This document shows positions 60,223-64,000 of a stretch of 64,000 nucleotides of DNA, one piece after another. Under the pieces are notes generated by a model. The model was not told where the DNA came from and ran no database searches. It saw nothing but the letters and a program-made list of their open reading frames with translations. Each line of letters begins with the position of its first letter. Within the stretch, counting starts at the first letter, position 1. Origin of the DNA: Saprospiraceae bacterium (GTDB taxonomy: Bacteria; Bacteroidota; Bacteroidia; Chitinophagales; Saprospiraceae); the NCBI GenBank assembly GCA_016719615.1, contig JADJYQ010000007.1:349070-413069 (forward strand). Reading direction: 5' to 3'. The position numbers and the translations under genes are program-made.

Positions 60223-60230
60223 CAAATGTA
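60223..60230 (-). promoter_or_regulatory. Bacteroidetes-type -7 promoter box (TACATTTG) for recA
   Basis: The minus strand reads TACATTTG, a match to TAnnTTTG, 22 nt upstream of the recA ATG. A TTG lies 17 nt further upstream (60250-60248). Confidence 0.45.
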
Positions 60231-60307
60231 ATGTATTAAATGAATTTCAATGTATAAATATCTCGATGTTATGGATCTCTCAGGACTCACAAATCAGCTA
60301 AAAAGAC

Positions 60308-60345
60308 TCAGGGTAAACCCTGAAAATGCTCAGGGGAAACCCTGA
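60308..60345. promoter_or_regulatory. Two tandem 16-bp palindromes TCAGGG-N4-CCCTGA
   Basis: TCAGGGTAAACCCTGA (60308-60323) and TCAGGGGAAACCCTGA (60330-60345) have centres 22 bp apart. They lie ~110-145 bp upstream of the recA start and ~245 bp downstream of the preceding gene. Confidence 0.5.
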
Positions 60346-60505
60346 ATTTTCGCCCTTTTATTTGGATTCTTGTTTTATTCATATTACTATTGTTCAGGTT
60401 TTAAGAAAAATAATAGATGCTTCGTTAATTCCAAACTCCGGTGTGCGTCAATAACCGATCAATTTGGAATCATCTTCATGAGATTTTTATTCTAGGGATT
60501 AGGAA

Positions 60506-60539
60506 ACCGCCCCAATACTAACTGGGGCGGTTTTTTTTT
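60506..60539 (+). terminator. Strong intrinsic terminator oriented opposite to both flanking genes
   Basis: Stem ACCGCCCCA (60506-60514) pairs with TGGGGCGGT (60523-60531) around an 8-nt loop. A T9 run follows on the plus strand only. Confidence 0.6.
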
Positions 60540-60590
60540 ACCCCCGCTATAAAAATATCAAATGCCATTTTAATTTATCTGGTAGTTCAA

Positions 60591-61550
60591 CTACATTTTG
60601 ATAAAACGAGAAAAAAGTCTATCTCTTCCCTCAGTTTTTATGATTACATGATATAGCCCCTTTGGAAAATCCATTACAGAAATACTACCACCAAAGTTTT
60701 CCTCTTGCATAGTTTTCAAAATGTGACCTTCGGCATTTGCGATTTGGATCTGTTCAAAATTTAATGGTTGTTTCATCTCCAGGTGCAAGGTTTCGTGCAC
60801 AGGATTTGGAAAAATATTTCCTCCATTAAATTCAGGTCTTGTTGCCTCATTATTCACCACATACATACATGGACTTTTTTTGGCTTCGTAGGTAAAGAAA
60901 AGACTCAATCCATAAATAGTATCCGCACTGGTAGCGTTAAAAGTCCTAATCATACGGTATGTATATTCTGCTGGGAAAAAACCCCGACGATAATCATTGT
61001 TGAGATTTATACTGAATTCTTCTACTCTTCTCATACAGGCAAATCTCTTCCCCGGAAACTGGATCCATGCAGTCAAAGGATCTATGATCTCAGCATTAAA
61101 GTCCGGCGTTATAAAACTGTTATATACGCATTCCTGACTATTCACAAAATCAAGTGAATCCCAAACAATCTTGACAGGAAAGTGATTCGCTTTCACAAAA
61201 AGGATAATATTTCTACTCTCATGACAGGTATATCCAGGATATGGAAAATTTTCGAGCCTTTCAGCTTTCGAAATGATGCGCTTGCTTAAGGTACCTTCAA
61301 ATCCTGCCTGATCCAATATACTTCGATGTGCAGCCCTGACTTCCAAATCTCCTGAAAACGGATGTGTTAGATTTACTTCTCCAAATTCCGGATTTAATAT
61401 TTCATTGGCCGATGTATCAAAGCCAAGAGTAATGGTGTCTTTATTTCCCATCTGGTCTTCAAAATACAAACGCGTTTCAAACAATGGATTTTTTTGTCCA
61501 AGACCATCATTTAAAAATGGCATTAGAAATAGGAACAGAATATTTTTCAT
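60591..61550 (-). CDS. Secreted protein of unknown function with T9SS C-terminal sorting domain
   Basis: 319 aa. It has the signal peptide MKNILFLFLMPFLNDGLGQ and the C-terminus NIFPNPVHETLHLEMKQ...KGLYHVIIKTEGRDRLFSRFIKM. Confidence 0.7.
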   Translation of the reverse strand: MKNILFLFLMPFLNDGLGQKNPLFETRLYFEDQMGNKDTITLGFDTSANEILNPEFGEVNLTHPFSGDLEVRAAHRSILDQAGFEGTLSKRIISKAERLENFPYPGYTCHESRNIILFVKANHFPVKIVWDSLDFVNSQECVYNSFITPDFNAEIIDPLTAWIQFPGKRFACMRRVEEFSINLNNDYRRGFFPAEYTYRMIRTFNATSADTIYGLSLFFTYEAKKSPCMYVVNNEATRPEFNGGNIFPNPVHETLHLEMKQPLNFEQIQIANAEGHILKTMQEENFGGSISVMDFPKGLYHVIIKTEGRDRLFSRFIKM

Positions 61551-61552
61551 AA

Positions 61553-63139
61553 TTACATTTTTACAAAATTACAAAAAGAGAGTTTATGATCGTTTTGAAC
61601 AAAAAGCCTGTAAACACCCAAAGGTATTTCATGAGCATCAAATTCAAAATTATTGCTACCCTTATGCACCATCAGCTTATCAGAAAGGGTATAATTTAAT
61701 CCCGTACTTATATTTCTGGCGATAACTGCAAATATTTCGGTTTCATCTTGATTTTGGATCTTTAAAGTAATACCTCCATTTACGGGATGATTCAAAATTT
61801 CCAATTCATCAAATGAAGCTGAACCACATGTGGCTTCATTGGTTCTGAATTTGTAAGCATAAAAATCCTGCGAACATTCATTAAATGTTTTTAACTCCGC
61901 TATATATGTAGTATTTGGCTTCAACAAATATTCATAACCCGGATACAGCTTGCTCGTTTTATAACAAAACCGCCCTGCAATTCCGAATCTGGTACCTGAA
62001 TCATAAATTAGAATTTTACCATTATTTATTTCTTCAAATATTTTTAATTCGAAGGATTCTTCATCCCAACTACCTTCCATCATTAAACATTCATTACATC
62101 TGTATATATCTGCCTTATCTTTTGGCAGTTGATTAATAAATGCCTTGGTTGGCGGACAGCCACCGATTTTTTCTATTAAGTCGCATTTATTGTTGTTGAT
62201 GAAGTTTAACATTTTTTCCAACTGACATGGCGTGATGGCAGATTTATTAGAAGAATAGGACATCACGTTGTTATCAATATTTTCTTCCAAACAACAAGGA
62301 CTTGGAGCGCAAGGCGGAGCTTCATCACAGTCGCCTACTTGATTGAAGTTTCCATCGTAATACCCGGGTTCTCCGGGATGCGTTCCCGGAAATAATTGTC
62401 CCCAACAAGTTATACTTTGTTCATTCTTATTTTTATCTGAATTCCATTCAATAATCCCATTGCAATTTTTATCCCAAGAAAATATCATTCTAGGTGTATC
62501 TTCACAATCATCTGAATTAAAAGTATGTCCCAAACTAAATATATGACCCAATTCATGATACAGGTTTCCTAGAGTCCACCAAATTTCTGGATTAAATCTG
62601 ACTGCCCCACCCGTATTATCTAATGAATATCCAATACCGGAAGCACCAAATGGAGAATGAGCTATATAAAAATTGATAGTGTTTGATCGGTCAACTCCAA
62701 ATTCTCTGTTTAAATTAATGATATTGTATTCTGCTTCAGCCCGCGATTTACAATGTGTATAAACGCCTGTCAACACAAATCTGAAAGGCAGACAAGGCGC
62801 TTGTTTCAAATTGCTTTGCACCTGTTTTTGATTGTGTTTGATCTCATTATTCAATAATTGTATCATCCGTTCGGTATTCTTATATACTTCGTCCTGCTCG
62901 AACAATTCCTGTTGAATTTTTCCCTGACAATCGTCATCCACAAAATAATGCACATTCAATCTCAGGTAAATTGGCGTACAATTTTCCATGATATCCTGGA
63001 CATCAAAACAAGTTACTGCCTGGCTGCTTTGTTGATTTGTAAAATCTTCCTGCCATGCGCAGTTGTAATCCATTTGTTGGGCATTTATTTGGGTACATAG
63101 CTTCATAACTATTACCATAAGGTAAAGGGTGTGTCTCAT
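61553..63139 (-). CDS. Zinc metalloprotease (HExxHxxGxxH, M43/pappalysin-like) with T9SS C-terminal sorting domain
   Basis: 528 aa with a signal peptide. It has the motif YHELGHIFSLGHTF and a Cys-rich middle. The C-terminus is ILNHPVNGGITLKIQ...GVYRLFVQNDHKLSFCNFVKM. Confidence 0.8.
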   Translation of the reverse strand: MRHTLYLMVIVMKLCTQINAQQMDYNCAWQEDFTNQQSSQAVTCFDVQDIMENCTPIYLRLNVHYFVDDDCQGKIQQELFEQDEVYKNTERMIQLLNNEIKHNQKQVQSNLKQAPCLPFRFVLTGVYTHCKSRAEAEYNIINLNREFGVDRSNTINFYIAHSPFGASGIGYSLDNTGGAVRFNPEIWWTLGNLYHELGHIFSLGHTFNSDDCEDTPRMIFSWDKNCNGIIEWNSDKNKNEQSITCWGQLFPGTHPGEPGYYDGNFNQVGDCDEAPPCAPSPCCLEENIDNNVMSYSSNKSAITPCQLEKMLNFINNNKCDLIEKIGGCPPTKAFINQLPKDKADIYRCNECLMMEGSWDEESFELKIFEEINNGKILIYDSGTRFGIAGRFCYKTSKLYPGYEYLLKPNTTYIAELKTFNECSQDFYAYKFRTNEATCGSASFDELEILNHPVNGGITLKIQNQDETEIFAVIARNISTGLNYTLSDKLMVHKGSNNFEFDAHEIPLGVYRLFVQNDHKLSFCNFVKM

Positions 63140-63263
63140 TGTAAATTATTTTAGGTGTTAAGAAATAAAATCCAAGGTAGGATACTTCGCTGAACGCGCA
63201 AGTGCGAGTTATTGATTGGGGAAATTGATTTATTGAGTGGGGTGGGGTGGGTTATTGAATGCA

Positions 63264-63313
63264 CCTCATCCCCGGCCCTTCTCCACTGGCATGGAGAAGG
63301 GCCGGGGATGAGG
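63264..63313. repeat. Perfect 21-bp GC-rich inverted repeat (hairpin)
   Basis: CCTCATCCCCGGCCCTTCTCC (63264-63284) and GGAGAAGGGCCGGGGATGAGG (63293-63313) are exact reverse complements around an 8-nt loop. The hairpin lies 20 nt beyond the rsgA stop. Confidence 0.85.
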
Positions 63314-63332
63314 CCAGGAGATCAATTGTACA

Positions 63333-64000
63333 TCAATACTTCTTACTCCGCTCCCAATAATTCTGTGCCTCTATCTCCTCTAAAATATTTAAATAATTTC
63401 TATATCTGATTTCGCTTAAGACACCTTGATCTAAAAGATTTTTCACTTCACATTCGGGTTCATCTCGGTGAGTACATTGAGAGCCGAATTTGCATTTAGA
63501 TGATACTTCAAAAAATTCTCTGAAATTATGCGCAACGTCCATGACTTCCAGATTGTTGAAGTTCAATGTTTTTATTCCGGGTGTATCTATTAAATAGGTA
63601 TTTTCCTTGATAAGAAACATTTGTGCGAAGGTAGTAGTGTGCGTACCTTTTCCACTATAGTCGGAGATATCGCCCGTCCGTAAAATCAGATCAGGCTCTA
63701 CACCATTGAGAATAGTTGATTTACCCACACCTGATTGTCCTGAAAACAAACTAATCTTATCTGTCAGTTTATCTCGCAATTCGCTTATACCATAATTAAT
63801 GCGAGCAGATACGGCCATGACCTCATATCCTATTTTGGTATAAACCAGTTTTTGCTCTTCAAATATTTCTTTTTCGCGATCACCATAGAGATCCCTTTTA
63901 TTAAAAATGATGAGGACCGGAATATTTTGAGGTTCTGTTGTTAAAATGAACCGGTCTATAAATCCTGGTTTTAAAGGGGGTTCACATATGCTTGTGATAA
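63333..64000 (-). CDS. rsgA: Ribosome small-subunit-dependent GTPase A, 5' end outside window
   Basis: The track lists 63333..63818 from an internal Met, but the frame stays open to 64000 (…PVLIIFNKRDLYGDREKEIFEEQKLVYTKIGYEVMAVSA…). It has the G1 motif GQSGVGKSTILN and the C-terminal zinc motif CKFGSQCTHRDEPECEV. Confidence 0.88.
   Translation of the reverse strand, partial: ITSICEPPLKPGFIDRFILTTEPQNIPVLIIFNKRDLYGDREKEIFEEQKLVYTKIGYEVMAVSARINYGISELRDKLTDKISLFSGQSGVGKSTILNGVEPDLILRTGDISDYSGKGTHTTTFAQMFLIKENTYLIDTPGIKTLNFNNLEVMDVAHNFREFFEVSSKCKFGSQCTHRDEPECEVKNLLDQGVLSEIRYRNYLNILEEIEAQNYWERSKKY

Noticed and set aside
1-64000. A scan for CRISPR arrays, rRNA genes, transposases, prophage structural genes, restriction-modification or other known defence systems.
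   Set aside because: I saw no regularly spaced direct repeats, no rRNA-like conserved segments, and no ORFs with the corresponding motifs. The only tRNA found is tRNA-Val.

Overview
This is a 64-kb AT-rich chromosomal segment that looks like Bacteroidota. It has T9SS C-terminal sorting domains of both the type A and the gliding-motility (type B) kind, a PorQ-like gene, and TAnnTTTG-type -7 boxes. All calls come from reading and translating the sequence by eye; no searches were run and family names are from memory.

Layout:
- 1-7.1 kb: the 5' part of a giant repeat-built surface protein. The ORF track misses it because it runs off the window edge.
- 7.3-29 kb: mostly housekeeping genes (rfbA, rlmD, OmpA/TPR proteins, pth, ppiD, porQ, phoH, Rrf2-nrdD-nrdG). 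A 1-kb non-coding gap and a tandem pair of unknown cysteine-rich lipoproteins interrupt this block.
- 29.9-43.5 kb: a rearranged accessory region.
- 43.6-64 kb: core genes again (flippase, a ybeY-ATL fusion, an RsbW-like kinase, a 1114-aa coiled-coil membrane protein, dapD, corA, a Cu-type P-type ATPase, recA, rsgA) plus more T9SS cargo.

The accessory region is built around two 1.68-kb direct repeats, 8,936 bp apart. Each repeat carries an XRE-HTH/Fic two-gene module of the 'mobile mystery protein A/B' type, the promoter and first codons of the neighbouring antiporter gene, and a recombinase fragment. Between them lie a truncated tyrosine recombinase, a T9SS cargo gene broken by at least five frame changes, a Fic C-terminal relic, and an intact 1022-aa T9SS cargo protein with an internally duplicated putative Cys/His peptidase-like module. 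A tRNA-Val sits at the far end.

Most notable observations:
- the repeat-flanked Fic/XRE region;
- nrdD interrupted exactly in front of its glycyl-radical domain at an A5 run;
- the unknown 8-Cys lipoprotein pair;
- the YbeY-ATL fusion;
- a recurring intergenic palindrome, CTAAC-N4-GTTAG.

No CRISPR array, rRNA gene, transposase or obvious prophage was seen. nrdD and the SPASM gene could each be repaired by one extra base in a homopolymer, so assembly error must be excluded before any biological reading.
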